DNA of 64,000 nucleotides from Lama glama. Taxonomy: Eukaryota. Shown one piece after another: positions 37,906 to 51,243 of this stretch (its first letter is position 1; each line of letters opens with the position of its first letter). The stretch is from positions 14,632,001 through 14,696,000 of the forward strand of contig CM052850.1 in assembly GCA_028534125.1 (NCBI GenBank), given 5' to 3'. The position numbers were made by a program, and so were the translations under genes. The notes under the pieces were generated by a model. The model ran no database searches. It saw nothing but the letters and a program-made list of their open reading frames with translations, and was not told where the DNA came from.

Positions 37906-39030
37906 CAGGGGTGGATACAGGTTTTGTGAAACCTGAGGCATATAAAATTTAGGGAAACTTCTAGAAGAAAAATGATGCAAAATTATGAATACCACCTTAG
38001 ATATAAATGTGAGTGTTTCGAATAAGAAAAGAAATCCTAGCAAATTAAAATACCACAAACATAATAAAATGCAAAGCATAATATAACATTTTCATTGATT
38101 GACTGAGTTAATCTCTATCCGTCTCCTCAATAATTTTTCCTGAATGATATTTGCTATCTCTTTGATCATTTTTTCATGTGAAAAAGCAATTACTGTCTTA
38201 TTTTCTAACTAGAAAATAAAAAGAACAACTCATTATTTCCTTCAGCATGATTGATCAAAATTTGATTTTCATTAACAGTGGTAAAGCACAGCCTCACCCG
38301 TGGACACATATGTACAGTGTCTGCTGTACTGCTGCAGGTTTGTGTCTCACAAAAACACAACTTCTAGGATATTTTAGAATGAAATACTCCACATAAGAAT
38401 CAAGGATATTCCTTGCAAGGGTGGATTTCTCTCTTGACCACGTGTTAGTGAGGACTGAATCTTCTGCTTACGACTTTAGATGTCTGGTTATTGGGAAATT
38501 TTTACATAGACTAACTTTGGATGCTGTACATTTCAAACCTCGTCTCTCCTCTGTTTCCCCTTCTAGCTATGATACGGAGCTATTTACTTATTTCATCTTA
38601 AAACCTCCAGCCTGCTGCTTCATTTCATTAACAAGTAGGTCAGCTCAGAGAGCCGTATGGGTGGTCCTGGAAGCCATTCCAGCACTGTGCTGGTTAGCAG
38701 TACCTTAACTATGTGTGAGGGGGTGACGGCAAACTACATAAATCTATCCCACTAAATCTGGTTTAAATACATCCCCCAACTCAATTTCTGAAATCCCCCA
38801 AATGACCACAATTACTCTAAGGACACCAGACAAAGGGAAAAATGTATTGGAGTGCAAAGCAGAGTGGACTTAACTGATTGCTATTCATATTTTCACTTTT
38901 GCAAATTTCACAAAATCTTACCATCATGTGAACATTTTCCTAGAGTCCTTCCCAGGACCTTGGGAGGGACAATGCAAGGGAGGGCCGCTGAAGCTTAAGT
39001 GTCATTAGCTTCTTGGTATGTCTACCTTTG
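37906..39030. mobile_element. hAT-Tip100 element (Zaphod/MER115-like)
   Basis: Start 'caggggtggatacaggttttgtgaaacctgaggcatata'; end 'gggccgctgaagcttaagtgtcattagcttc'. Confidence 0.65.
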
Positions 39031-39399
39031 TATCCATATTTTGAACAGCTTCATAGATGGGAAAGACCTGTCCATTTGGCTCCCTGCCATTCACAGAGTT
39101 GAATGGACCTATGACCGTAGGTGGGAGCCACATGTCCACTCCCCCAGTTCCACTCCCCATTACTTGTTCTGTAACAGCTCAGGACATAATTGTTACTTGG
39201 GGTTTATTTCCTTTTGACAGCTATACATCAGTCAAGCCCACCCCCACCTCTGTGAACGCACTCTCCAGCAGTGCTCCTAAAACTTCTTGAGTGTGATGAC
39301 CCATCGATAGACCTAACAGATGAGGCTGGCCCTCACTTATATTAATAACTGTAACTTTAGGTATTTCTTGACCAAATACATAAAAGTTCTTTGTGTTTG

Positions 39400-39580
39400 G
39401 TACTTTTCAACTTTTGTATGTTTCGTATAATTAATAATATACGTTTTTCATTGTTAGATTCATACTTCAATGCTTTATTTATTATATTATTATTTTAGTA
39501 TATACTATTTATTATAGTCCTTATTTATTTGTTTATTATTACAAGGTATTTATTTATAATTATATTATAATAGTATCTAA
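39400..39580. repeat. AT-rich low-complexity tract
   Basis: TTTA/TTA-rich run. Confidence 0.8.
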
Positions 39581-39671
39581 GTGCATTTGAAGTCTAGGAA
39601 TATATGTGTGGGGAGCCTGTTGTTTATTCCCTCAACAGACTATACTTGGATATATCTCTGACCTCTGAAAT

Positions 39672-40171
39672 NNNNNNNNNNNNNNNNNNNNNNNNNNNNN
39701 NNNNNNNNNNNNNNNNNNNNNNNNNNNNNNNNNNNNNNNNNNNNNNNNNNNNNNNNNNNNNNNNNNNNNNNNNNNNNNNNNNNNNNNNNNNNNNNNNNNN
39801 NNNNNNNNNNNNNNNNNNNNNNNNNNNNNNNNNNNNNNNNNNNNNNNNNNNNNNNNNNNNNNNNNNNNNNNNNNNNNNNNNNNNNNNNNNNNNNNNNNNN
39901 NNNNNNNNNNNNNNNNNNNNNNNNNNNNNNNNNNNNNNNNNNNNNNNNNNNNNNNNNNNNNNNNNNNNNNNNNNNNNNNNNNNNNNNNNNNNNNNNNNNN
40001 NNNNNNNNNNNNNNNNNNNNNNNNNNNNNNNNNNNNNNNNNNNNNNNNNNNNNNNNNNNNNNNNNNNNNNNNNNNNNNNNNNNNNNNNNNNNNNNNNNNN
40101 NNNNNNNNNNNNNNNNNNNNNNNNNNNNNNNNNNNNNNNNNNNNNNNNNNNNNNNNNNNNNNNNNNNNNNN
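39672..40171. other. Assembly gap (500 N)
   Basis: N run. Confidence 1.
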
Positions 40172-43100
40172 ACATCCCCTGCAGTTTCCACTGTGGGTCA
40201 ATCCTTCGGTGGAGGACCGGTATCTACATGCACGTTTGGTATATGCACAGTGGGAGAGGAAGTACCGAAGACTACTGCACGTGGGCAGAGGGAAACGGGG
40301 TCACGGCTGTGAAACCATCACTGGTTATGTGCGAGTGGGTAGTTGTGATAACAAGGTTTGCTTGTATGGCTCCTTGGTGGGTGGAATCAGTGGGGAGATG
40401 TTCCCATAATGACAGGGGTGCGGTGTAGGGGGGGTGTCTGTGGGTGGGTAAGTTGAGGATAAGCGTTTGACAGAAAAAAGTCCCACCAACACATTTTGTT
40501 CCTCCTCTCTTCCTTGTCCCCTCCCAGCTCTCCTCCAACCCCAAATACCCACTATGTTGTGGTAGAAATTAAAATGGCTAAAGTGTGAAGAGGGATTTTT
40601 TTCTTTTGAAACAGAGTGTAAAACCACACTCCTAACAACCGGGTTCCCTATATAAATCTATTTTTAAGATGATTACAGGGTTTCCATAGCCATTCTACCA
40701 TCAACTGCTGGGTTTGTTTCCTCGTCGTCAGTAAACTGTTGGCAGGATAGTGCACCAGAGGTGTACTTTTTAAAGGGTGTAATTGCATGGCTCAGAAATT
40801 ATCACTTTCTCGACGACGGGTTTCATTGGCCTCTCCCTTTGAGAATCCGGTTTAGAAGCTGGGCTTGTCAGTCGCTCCAAGCACACATCGCATTGTGTGT
40901 GTTGGTCTCGCAGTATATCATGCTGGCAACCACTAGGCAGAGGGTAGTAATTAAACCACACAATAGGCATCAAGGGATGAGGAGAAGACCCTGTGTTTAA
41001 AATAAACGAACACAAGAAGTGCAGCCAGCTTCCCTAGGAAGGCTATCTGAGCAGTGTGGCGAGCCAAGATTGGGCAGCCTTTGCAAAGCAAGCTGGGAAA
41101 CTCCCCATGGTGCCATCAGCCAGCAGCTGAGGCTGCGTCCTTCCCGAGGATCTGCCATGGGCTGCCTTCTCCAGGATTAACTTTCTCTGGAGCATAGGAA
41201 CTTAGGAGTGGCTTTGCAGAGTTATGCCCTTTCTACTGCCAGGGACCAGACACTATGCAAATTTAGACTAATTTGGCAGCTATTTCGAAGAGGCATGTCT
41301 AATAATGATGGGCACAGGAACTGGAGTTCTGTCTCCAAAACAGAGGGCACAGCAGGCAGAAATCAGCCTCTAAAACAGGCCCTAGAAGCACCAACATGTA
41401 ATAGGTAAAACTGGCAGACGTAACTGTTTCTTAAGGGTGAGAAGGTTGTGGCAATGATAAGACTAAGTACTCCCCAATTTCTGTCTAGGAGAGTTGAGAA
41501 AACTACCCCAACAAAACACCACAGTGTTTCTCACTTTGATCAAGACGGCCAGCATGGTGCCTCAGTACTGAAACGCAACTGGTGTTGAGAAACCAAAGCT
41601 CATAAAGTAATGAGTGATGACTGTCTGCGATAACTATGTCTAATGACTAGAAAAAAGTGAGCTGCAGAGCAAGAACGGAGGGTAATTGAAGTAGTAGTAT
41701 CCAGGGGAAAGGGCACTGGGATGCTAACAAATTATCTACAGAGGAGAGAAGGGCTCTTCACCCAGTGCCCTTGACTAGACAAAAATAGATGTTACAGGCA
41801 TCTAGCAGCTCTTGTCCTCAATCTGTCTCACCAAGCGAGCTTCGGATCTGAAACTTGGACTCCGAGGGCCCTGACCCACCAGAAGTGAGAGACCTGAGAG
41901 TGTTTCTTCATTCAAACATTTGTAAGTACCCCGATGTCCCAACCACACCAGCACTTGGGTTGCAGGGATAAAAGGATGTTGCACATTTTCAAGGGGCTCA
42001 TAGTCCAGTTGGACAAACTAGAGAAGTCAACATATAATCATAATGTGGAGAGACAGAATCCGTTAAAAAGAAAGCAGAGCGTGGATTGGGAGCATGGAGA
42101 TGAGGTACCTTACCCGGCCTGTGGTAGGGAGTCCATGAGGTCTTACCAGATGAAGGGACATCTGAATTTACCCTTAAATATGAAAAATCAGAAGTGGTAA
42201 TAGAGGGTTAAGATGGTAAGTCAGGGTTCACATCATGTTTAAAAGAGGCAGGGGGTATATTCAAAACAGATATTCAAAGCATGAGCACTATAGGAAGACA
42301 CTGGCCAGCACTGTGTGTTTGGGAAAAACTGTAACATTATTTAATAGGTTGCGTGTGAGGGGTGGTATGGAAGGGGATGTGGTGGGAAGTGGTTATGTCA
42401 GCATTGCCTGATTAGCAGTTTGTAGGCAGAAAGGAGGGATTCAAAATGTTAAGCAGGGGAGTAATATGGTTAAATTTGCAATTCAGATGGAATTCCCATA
42501 CACGTCTCCCACTCCAAATGAACTGATATTCTGATGTGTGAATTTGGTAGATGCGCATTTCTTACTTTGATTGCGTCCGAGAGCTTAATGAGCTTTAGGT
42601 GGGCTGGTAAAATTGAGTTTTCAGACTTCAAACTTGAGGGCTGGACTCTGGACCTATGGACATCCCCCGTCAAGTTTTCACTTGTGAGGCCCTGCGTGAA
42701 GCTGTCCCCTGACCTCTCTTTGCTGTATCTCTATCTGCAGAAACTTGGGTGGAAAATGGAACATGCAGTTAACATTCAAAACACCGTGACATGTCAGTAA
42801 GAGATCACAGTGTGGAAATTATCCTAGGGAAGGGAAGAATCTCACCAGTGCAACTTTCTTGATGCGAAACCCTATCTTCTGAGCTTTTAAACAATTTCTC
42901 TTGGAATCGTATGTTTGGCAATAAGGAATAACGGCATTCCCTTAAAAAGAATGCCACTGATGATTAAGACTATTGCACTATCAATCTTTGTCAAGGCCTT
43001 TTAGCAAGTGGACTTAGCCCCACTTCTGAGATGCTATGCCTCATTTTACTTTTTTATTAAACTTACAAATGGTCTTTTTACTTAGGGTGAAAAGCACGTG

Positions 43101-43879
43101 ATTTGAAATCGAACAGAACTTTCTGGAGAGGACGATGAAGATCAAACAGAGTGGGGACTGTTCAAGAGGAGACTGAAAATTCATTAATTCAATTAAAATG
43201 GGATTTATAAACATACTACGCTCAGGTAAGAAAGAATAGTATACGGCATAGTACAGGAGATAGAATGTTCAAGATGAAAGAAATCCAGAGCATGATGGAA
43301 ACCGTGTATGTCAAGTGCTCCAGGAGTACAGAGAAGTGTTCCAGCAGGTGGGGCGGAGTGTGGGCTGCGGGAGGGAAGGGAAGTTAGATCAAGAGGATGG
43401 GAAGTTTCCAAGTGTGATGGGCACCAAGAATTAAGACCCAGAAGGAATGCCTTTCCTGAGAACATGGGTGATGATGAGGAAGCTGGCCCACATGGAGGAG
43501 GGGTTCATGCTGAAGGGGCCACCACAGCCACTGGTTTGCCACAGGCCAGACGTGACCGCAGGGAGTTGTCATTGTATAACACAGTCAGAACTGTGTAGTG
43601 TGCTTTTCAGTCTCTCGACACCATGTCCCTGGCCCTGTCTCCCTAGTCTTATCCTAGTAGGGCGCTGGGCCCTGCCTCTGAGCTACGGATGTGCGGGCAG
43701 CAGAGCTCACACGGTGGGAGGGATTCCAAGCACAGGTTACACGAGCCGGGTCTCTGACCTGACACTTTGCGTAACAAAGGTCATAACTGATAGAGCCTCG
43801 CTCCTAACATGTGCTCAACTAAACCATGTCAAGGTCAGTGTCCTGCATGATGAAGGGTCAGCGAGATTCAGGGCACAGG

Positions 43880-44065
43880 TATGGAACTTCAGAGCCAGCA
43901 GGGACCTCCGATCCCAAGAAGTCCAACCTTCTCATTTTACAGTTGAGGAAATGAAGTCCCCGGGGAAGTTCAGTAATTTGCTTGAAGTCACATAGCTAGT
44001 GGCAAAACTGGGACTGAAGTCCAGTTCCCCAGTCTCTCAGTTCAGTTCTTTCTTCATTCTTACCA
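43880..44065 (-). mobile_element. MIR-family SINE
   Basis: 'gtccaaccttctcattttacagttgaggaaatga...gtcacatagctagtggcaaaactgggactgaa'. Confidence 0.85.
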
Positions 44066-44703
44066 CATTTTTTTAAAAAAGCAATGATCTGTAAATATTC
44101 AAGATGACTCCTCTTTTCCCTTATTTGAAAACACTCTTAAATGTCTGCATTTTTCTTTAAGTTTGAATACTTTTCCTGTGATGCTCGATTAATAATTGTA
44201 GTTTTAGGCTTGTGTAGAACACAGATGGCCCCCAGGAGGTTGTTTATTTGGGACAAATAATCAATCCTTTTACCTGCATATGTTTTGCCTCTTTCAAAAC
44301 TTTTGTATCCACTTCTCCACTGAATTTCACAAACGTTCCACACGGTGAGCTGGGCGGCCTTGTCTCATCATTTGACCATTGAAGGAAACGTATAGAGAGA
44401 CTTACTGACTTTCTCTTAGTGATGGCATTGAAACTAAAACCCCACGATTCCTTAAAACAACAGAGGAGAACCAGTGAGAAGGAACAACGGTTGAGGGTGG
44501 GTTGAGAGATGTTAGCTGCATCGTCAAGTTCACGTTTTGTCATGCTTTGCTGTTGTTGTACACAAAAACTTTGCCCAAGTTGCAAAGCTGCCCCACGGAG
44601 AGGTCCGCAAACCACGAACGTCATATTTGAATTCCCAGATTATGCTGCTGTACCTTATATGAGGCCCAAGAAAGCAAGCTCTAAGCCTGATGGAAAAGGA
44701 CAG

Positions 44704-44939
44704 NNNNNNNNNNNNNNNNNNNNNNNNNNNNNNNNNNNNNNNNNNNNNNNNNNNNNNNNNNNNNNNNNNNNNNNNNNNNNNNNNNNNNNNNNNNNNNNNN
44801 NNNNNNNNNNNNNNNNNNNNNNNNNNNNNNNNNNNNNNNNNNNNNNNNNNNNNNNNNNNNNNNNNNNNNNNNNNNNNNNNNNNNNNNNNNNNNNNNNNNN
44901 NNNNNNNNNNNNNNNNNNNNNNNNNNNNNNNNNNNNNNN
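44704..44939. other. Assembly gap (236 N)
   Basis: N run. Confidence 1.
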
Positions 44940-45949
44940 AGAGGAACGTCAGAGCTCAGGCACAGGCGAAAAAAATATGGGAGGGACTGATGCACGACAC
45001 TACTTTAGTCCCATGGCATCCAAACTCATAGACACTGTCTTCAAGGATAAATGAAAGATTCAGCAGAAAAGACAATTTCAAAGAACTTTGAAAGGGTAGC
45101 ATCTGAAAGGTGGAATGAGAGTGTCAGGAAAGGCAGTTAATCTATGCATATTTTTTAAGCACTCGCTATTGACTCTTACTGCACCAGTTGGAGAGAAATC
45201 AAAAGAATCAGACTCCTTGGTGGCCCTCAGGAAGTGGACAGTGCAGTCTTACCAGCTTTAACCTACTGACATCCACTAAAAACGAAGTATGACTCAAATC
45301 AATGAGTTGATAAATAAGTGGTCCTGATTAGTGTTGTGAATATGTAGAGAAGATGCTTGAGGTCTGCATTCCGTTAGACAGGAAGAAGTAATCAGCAGTG
45401 GAGTAGTGCGAGGGGAGGGAGCAGCCAAAGGGAGGGAGAGTCAAGGATTAGAGAGGAAGGAAAAACGATGTAAGTAGGTTAGGGGCACCTGCTGCTTCCT
45501 TATCGCCCCTACCGTTCGTCTTTGCGAAACGAAGTATTTACATGGTCTCCATTTGCCCTTCTCGTGCCTGAGTCAGTTCTGAATGGAACAGGAAAGTTAC
45601 TCAAGCTCTTCATGCCTGGCATGATCCCATCTGTCATAAAGGGAGTTATATTTCTCGTATAGATAGATGCCAGCGTTTCTGGAAGTTTAGAAGCAATGAT
45701 GTTTAGTGAAAGTCCTTTAAAATGCACTGAGAGCTATAAAACTGTGAGGAATTATTCGTGATTTTCTCTGTGTAACTTTTTAAGAGGTATCCACACTACC
45801 TGGTTAGAACTGGGATTTGCAGCTTCCATTCCATGTGACCACCCCGATGAAAGACAAGCTTCCTCATTTCTTTATCACGGTGTCTTTTTGCCCAGAAGAA
45901 CACAGGTGGGGCAAGGTTTAGCCCAGTCCAGTGATAGGTGTTAACCCTT

Positions 45950-46480
45950 GGAACGTGACTTTAATAGCCAATAGGTATTTATAATTAATGTGCAATAACT
46001 CAATTATGCACATGTCTTTAAATTTAATAGGCCCAGTTAAGGTAAGATCATTAAGCACCCAATTGAATGTTAAACACATATATTTGAGGTTTAACGACTA
46101 TGCAGCAGATGCAGGATGGATTATGGGATTGTTAAAGGGCATTAAGAAAGTTGTTAATATGGTGGGGGTATTTAATTAATGTTTTAAACAATCTACCCTT
46201 TGAAATCGGCCCAAAATGCTATGTGAAACCTGCTCGGGGAGCAGGAACCTAATTGACAGCGTTACTGTTTAAGCCCCACCACACTGAAGAACACAACAAA
46301 GCAGCCCTCTAATTAGCGTGAGAAATGACAACAGCACAACAAAAACCACGGAGTGTCTCCAATGACAGGTGCAGCAAATATCAAGGCTGATGAAAGATTC
46401 TGCAATTAAAGATTCCGCTATGAAGATTAATGGAGTATTATCTGAAATTAATGTAAGGCGGGCTATCAGAGACGAGCTTC
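45950..46480. promoter_or_regulatory. Candidate conserved non-coding element / enhancer
   Basis: Repeat-free, very dense TAAT/ATTA; TAATTGACAG, TGACAGGTG, CCTTTGAA and ACAAAG motifs. Confidence 0.5.
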
Positions 46481-46867
46481 TGCCTTACAAGCATCCGTCC
46501 TTTTCTACTTCTCTTGCCTCAGTTCGTTTCTGTGCCTCGGAGTCCTGTTACTATTCCTCAATACTCAATGACTTTGACTTTATAGCTTCTGTATTCTTTT
46601 TCTACCTGTGCATGATCCATTTTTCTTTCTTGTTGCCTCTTATCCTCTCTCTCTCTCTCCCCTTTTCCTCCCCCTCTCTTACTTGGAATAAAATGCTTCC
46701 AGCCCGGTGTCAATGCTCTGCCTCTTATACCCAAACTCTCACTAGGGTCTCTCTCTCTACATCAAGAATTGTGTTTACACTGCAAATTAGCCTCGGAGCT
46801 CTCAAGGATCGCATAAATTTGCAATATTCAAGATGTCCTCCTCATTTAGTTTCCCTTTTCATTAAAG

Positions 46868-46957
46868 ATTTTTTCTTTTTCTTTTTTTAAATTGAAGTAG
46901 AGTCAGTTTACAATGTTGTGTCAATTTCTCGTGTACAGCATCATGTTTCAGTCATAC

Positions 46958-46993
<36 letters not shown>

Positions 46994-47005
46994 TATATTC
47001 ATTTT
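46868..47005 (-). mobile_element. Short younger L1 3' terminus with (TA)n(CA)n microsatellite
   Basis: T-tail plus 'aaattgaagtagagtcagtttacaatgttgtgtcaatttct', antisense match to the L1 3' end at 49040-49112. Confidence 0.8.
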
Positions 47006-47039
47006 TATTAGAATATTTATTTTGGATGTCATCATCTCA

Positions 47040-50000
47040 CCTTCATTCTCTCAACAGGTATTTATTAAGTGTCTACTACATGCCAAGCGCTGTTCTAGAC
47101 GCTGGGAGTACAGCAGTAAATAAAACAGGCAAAGTCTGTCTATTCATAAAGTTTACATTCTCGTTGAGTTAACAGAAAGTAAATACAAAGCAGAAGCATG
47201 GCAGATGGTGATCGATTCCATAGACAAAAGCACAGCAGAGGAGTGAGCAAGGGAACGTCAGGGATGGGGGCTGCTCTTTTAATCTCACGAAGAGTGACGC
47301 TTAAGCAGCCATCTGAAGGAGGTGAGGTGAGGAAGAGCGAGGGGGCCTGTTTGGCTGCAACAGAGTGAGAGAGGCAGGAGGTCGAATCAGAGAAGTGGTG
47401 GGGGGCCAAACTGCACAGGGGGTTGTTGGGAATTTAAGGATTTTGACTTTTATTTCTGGATGATCTAGAAAGCCACTGAAGAATTTTGACCACAGGAGAG
47501 AGATGAGTAAGTTAAGTTTAAAAATCAATCTATTAGCTGCTGTGCAGAAGGCCACCGAAGTGGTCCTGGAGAGGAAGGAGTGAGAGTTGACAGAGCAGAT
47601 TGAGAGTGGTTTGGAGCCGGGTGGTTGTAATACAGGAGGATGATGAAGTCAGATTCTAAATGTGTCTGCAGATCAAACCAACAGCATTTGCTGGCAGGTT
47701 AAATGAGTCTAAACTTTCGGGGCTAAGCAATTAGAGGACTGAAGTTGCCACGCACTGAGGATGAAAGTTTGCTGCGGGAATTCAAGGATTTCTTTGTGGA
47801 CATGCTAAAGAGAGCTATCCAGTAGGCAAGTGGGTGTAGGAGTCTGGATTTCAAGGGAACGTTCAGGAGGAAGGCACGTATTTGGAAATTACTGGCATAT
47901 TGCTGGCATTGGAAGCCATGAGCCCAGATTAAATCACCTAGGGAGACGGAGAAGAAGGGAGGTCTGGGAACTGAGCCTCCAGAGGTTGGAGAAATAGGAG
48001 GAAAGAAGCAGAGAAGACAGAGAATGAATAGCCAGGCAGAGAGAAAAAAGACTGAGAATGAAGAAAGTGCTTCAAGTGGGAGGAAATGATCAATCGTGTC
48101 AAGTGCCACTGATGGGATGAGTAAGATGAAAACTGAGAAATGCGTGTTGCTTTAGCAGTGCCATTGGTGACCTTGTCAGGAGCTATTTCAGTGAAGCGTT
48201 GGGTTAAAAGACTGATTGGCATGTATTAAAGTGAGACTAGAAGACCCGGAGACAGTGAGAACACAAACCTCTTTGGAGAAATGTTGCTTTAAAAAAGAGC
48301 AAATATACATGAAAAAATTCTCAATGTTGCTAACTGTAGAGGAATGCAAATCAAACCTGCATTGAGGTATCACCTCACACCAGTCAGAATGGCTAAAATT
48401 CAAAAGTCTACAAACGATAAATGCTGGAGAGGCTGTGGAGAAAGGGGAACCCTCCTACACTGTTGCTGGGAATGCAGTTTGGTGCAGCCACTATGGAAAA
48501 CAGTATGGAGATTTCTCAAAGAACTAAAAATAGACTTACCATATGATCCAGAGGGATCCTTAATTCAAAAAGACACATGCACNNNNNNNNNNNNNNNNNN
48601 NNNNNNNNNNNNNNNNNNNNNNNNNNNNNNNNNNNNNNNNNNNNNNNNNNNNNNNNNNNNNNNNNNNNNNNNNNNNNNNNNNNNNNNNNNNNNNNNNNNN
48701 NNNNNNNNNNNNNNNNNNNNNNNNNNNNNNNNNNNNNNNNNNNNNNNNNTGGAGATTGTCCTACTAAGTGAAGTAAGCCAGAAAAGGAACGAAAAATACC
48801 ATATGATATCACTTATATGTGGAATCTAAAAAAATGAGACAAATGCACTTATTTACAAAACAGAAACAGACTCACAGACATAGAAAACAGACTTGTGGTT
48901 ACCAGCGGGGATAAGGGGGTGGAGGGATAAATTGGGAGTGGGATTTGCAGATACTGACAAGTTCCTACTGTGTAGCACAGGGAACTATATTCAGTTCCTT
49001 GTAATAACCTATCATAAAATAGAATATGAAAAAGATAGATAGATACGTTTAACTGAATTACTACGCTGTGCACCAGAAATTAACACAACATTGTAAAACA
49101 ACTATACTTCAATCAAAAATAATTAGAATGAAAAAGGGGAAATAAATGGAGTAATACCTAGAGAGAGAGATATGTGATCAAGAAAAAAAATATTTTTTAA
49201 GGTTGAGAGATATAATAGCATGTCTATATGCTATTAGGAATTATCCAGAATAGAGGAGACTTTGATGATGCAGAAGACAGGAGAGGTGTTGCTAGAGCGT
49301 CGTCCCTGAGTAGGCAAGGGAGGAAGGGACCTGCTGCACAAGCCATGCGGTGGGGTTTGGATGTGACCATGGTCAGCTCATCCACCTCAGCAAAAAGGAA
49401 AGCAGAGCATATGCGCGCAGGTATGGACAGTTTCATTAAACGCAATAGTGGAAGAGTGTGGGCATTCTATTCTACTTGCTCTTGCTTCTTTTGCTAATCT
49501 ATAATTAAATCAGATGTAAGGTCATTGGCTAAGAAGGGGAATGAGGAAGGAGGAATTAAGAGGTTTGAGGGCAGAAGAGAAGGCATGAGATATTCATGAG
49601 AAAAGAGGAAGAGGAAAGATAGCAGGATTGCTGAGTTCACCTGAAGCCAGTAGTCATGAATTTTAAAGTGAGATCAGAGAGGATGGTTGTAGGTGTCTTC
49701 CTGGGTAAATGTGGGCGGAGGGTAGGTAGAGAGCTACATATAAATAGATCTGGGATTTTTTCAAACTGAGTGTGTGAGAGAGAGAGAAAGAGAAAGACAG
49801 TGGAGATGAGTGTGTATGCAATGATAGGATTTAAAAAATAATGGGTGACAGAATTTAATCTAGGTGTTGGTGGGGGGATGCAAGAACATGACAGGGAGGG
49901 AAGGACAATGAAAAGGGGGTATGGCCTTTGGATTTTATGTCCAGTGGAATAACTGATCCTTAAAATCAGATTCAAAGGGATGTGAGATGGAAAAATAAAA

Positions 50001-50490
50001 GGTGGGAGATAGTAACCAAGAGGTCTGGAGATGACTGTAACGGAGGCTTAGCGGCTGGCACACACTGATGGCAAACATTTCCACACTGGGGAGTGCAGAG
50101 GGCAGAGGGAGCTGCAGTGGTCTGGAACTGGGAGCAGCGAGAGGAGCAAGAAGGACATCTATCCCAAATGCTGGTATGGGGGGAGCTGTGGGGGGAAGAG
50201 AAACCTCTGCATATAGAAGGGGGTTACAGGGGGAGTCTTGTCCTCAGGGGAGCATTAGGTTAGATGTAAGTTAGAGCAAGAAGAGGAGGATATTTTGAGA
50301 ACAGACTGGGAATAGAAGAAAGTCTGATGATGAAGGATCCAAAGCTCCAGGGGACCCAAAAGAAAGGTATGAGGCCATAGGCAGGATTTGGAGATGCAGG
50401 GATGTCCAGAGTAGTATGGGCACTGGGAGAAGGGTACTGGATGTGGTGAATGACATGAGGATCTTGCCTTGGCTTCCAGAAACAGTAATA
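47040..50490 (-). mobile_element. Long L2 (L2a-like) interrupted by a younger L1
   Basis: Antisense L2 3' end 'ttcattctctcaacaggtatttattaagtgtctactacatgcc'; typical L2 body to ~48295, resuming ~49130. Confidence 0.85.
48298..49125 (+). mobile_element. 5'-truncated L1: ORF2 C-terminus and 3' UTR (gap 48583-48749)
   Basis: Peptide [69 protein letters not shown] is the L1 ORF2 cysteine-rich region; 3' UTR ends 'caactatacttcaatcaaaaa'. Confidence 0.95.
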
Positions 50491-51071
50491 AACAGTTCAT
50501 CCTGCCGGCCTCTACGAGAAGTGGTGGTGGTGAGGCTCTGGGTCTTCGTCTGGAGTCGGGACAGGAGAGAAAGGTAGGCTCCTGCCAAGATCTTACGGAA
50601 CGTGGAGCCCTCATCTTCACTCCATTCGTATGTCCCATAACCTAAGACGCGAGGGACTGCGTGGTGTGCAGAGAACCACTGCTGTGAGCTCTCGCGGTCC
50701 TCCACCCCAGGGCGTTCTAACCACCTTGCTCATCATTGCTCAAAAGTAGGAGCCAATATTGCCACTGTGGCGTCTGGGAGGTGAGGGAATTGCAGGAGCT
50801 GGCAGTGAGGGGAAGATAGAGTTAACGACCAGAGAAGTGTGTAAATGGGCCCTTCTGGTGGCAATGGGCACTTTTGGAGGGCAGCAGAAACAGCGGTAGA
50901 TGTTTAGCAGGGAGTAACAGTCACAGGTGCCACCAAGAAGTGTAGGACGCTCAGGACTAAGGAGTAAGGATAATAAAACAGCATGGTTCCTTGGAGACAA
51001 ACACCATTGCAATGAGGTCGACACCCAACCCTAGTTATCTCCAAGGTTGGTGTGACCTGGAGAAAAATGGT

Positions 51072-51243
51072 TATAAATATATGTATATACAAGTACGTGT
51101 GTATTTGTATATACACACACACACACACTAGTGTGTATACAGGGTATATGCATATATATTATTTATATATACCACGTATATTCATATACATTATATATAT
51201 TCATATACGTATTCACATATATGTGTATGCATATGTGAATATC
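51072..51243. repeat. Imperfect (TA)n/(CA)n/(TG)n microsatellite
   Basis: Directly visible. Confidence 0.9.

Noticed and set aside
43341-43356. CTCF-like motif (also partial matches at ~28985, ~50848 and ~51443)
   Set aside because: Mismatches at core positions; not distinguishable from background by eye
43447-43995. 182-aa plus-strand ORF
   Set aside because: No homology recognised, and its 3' part is MIR-derived
46369-46890. 173-aa ORF
   Set aside because: GTG start; runs through pyrimidine low-complexity sequence and an L1 tail
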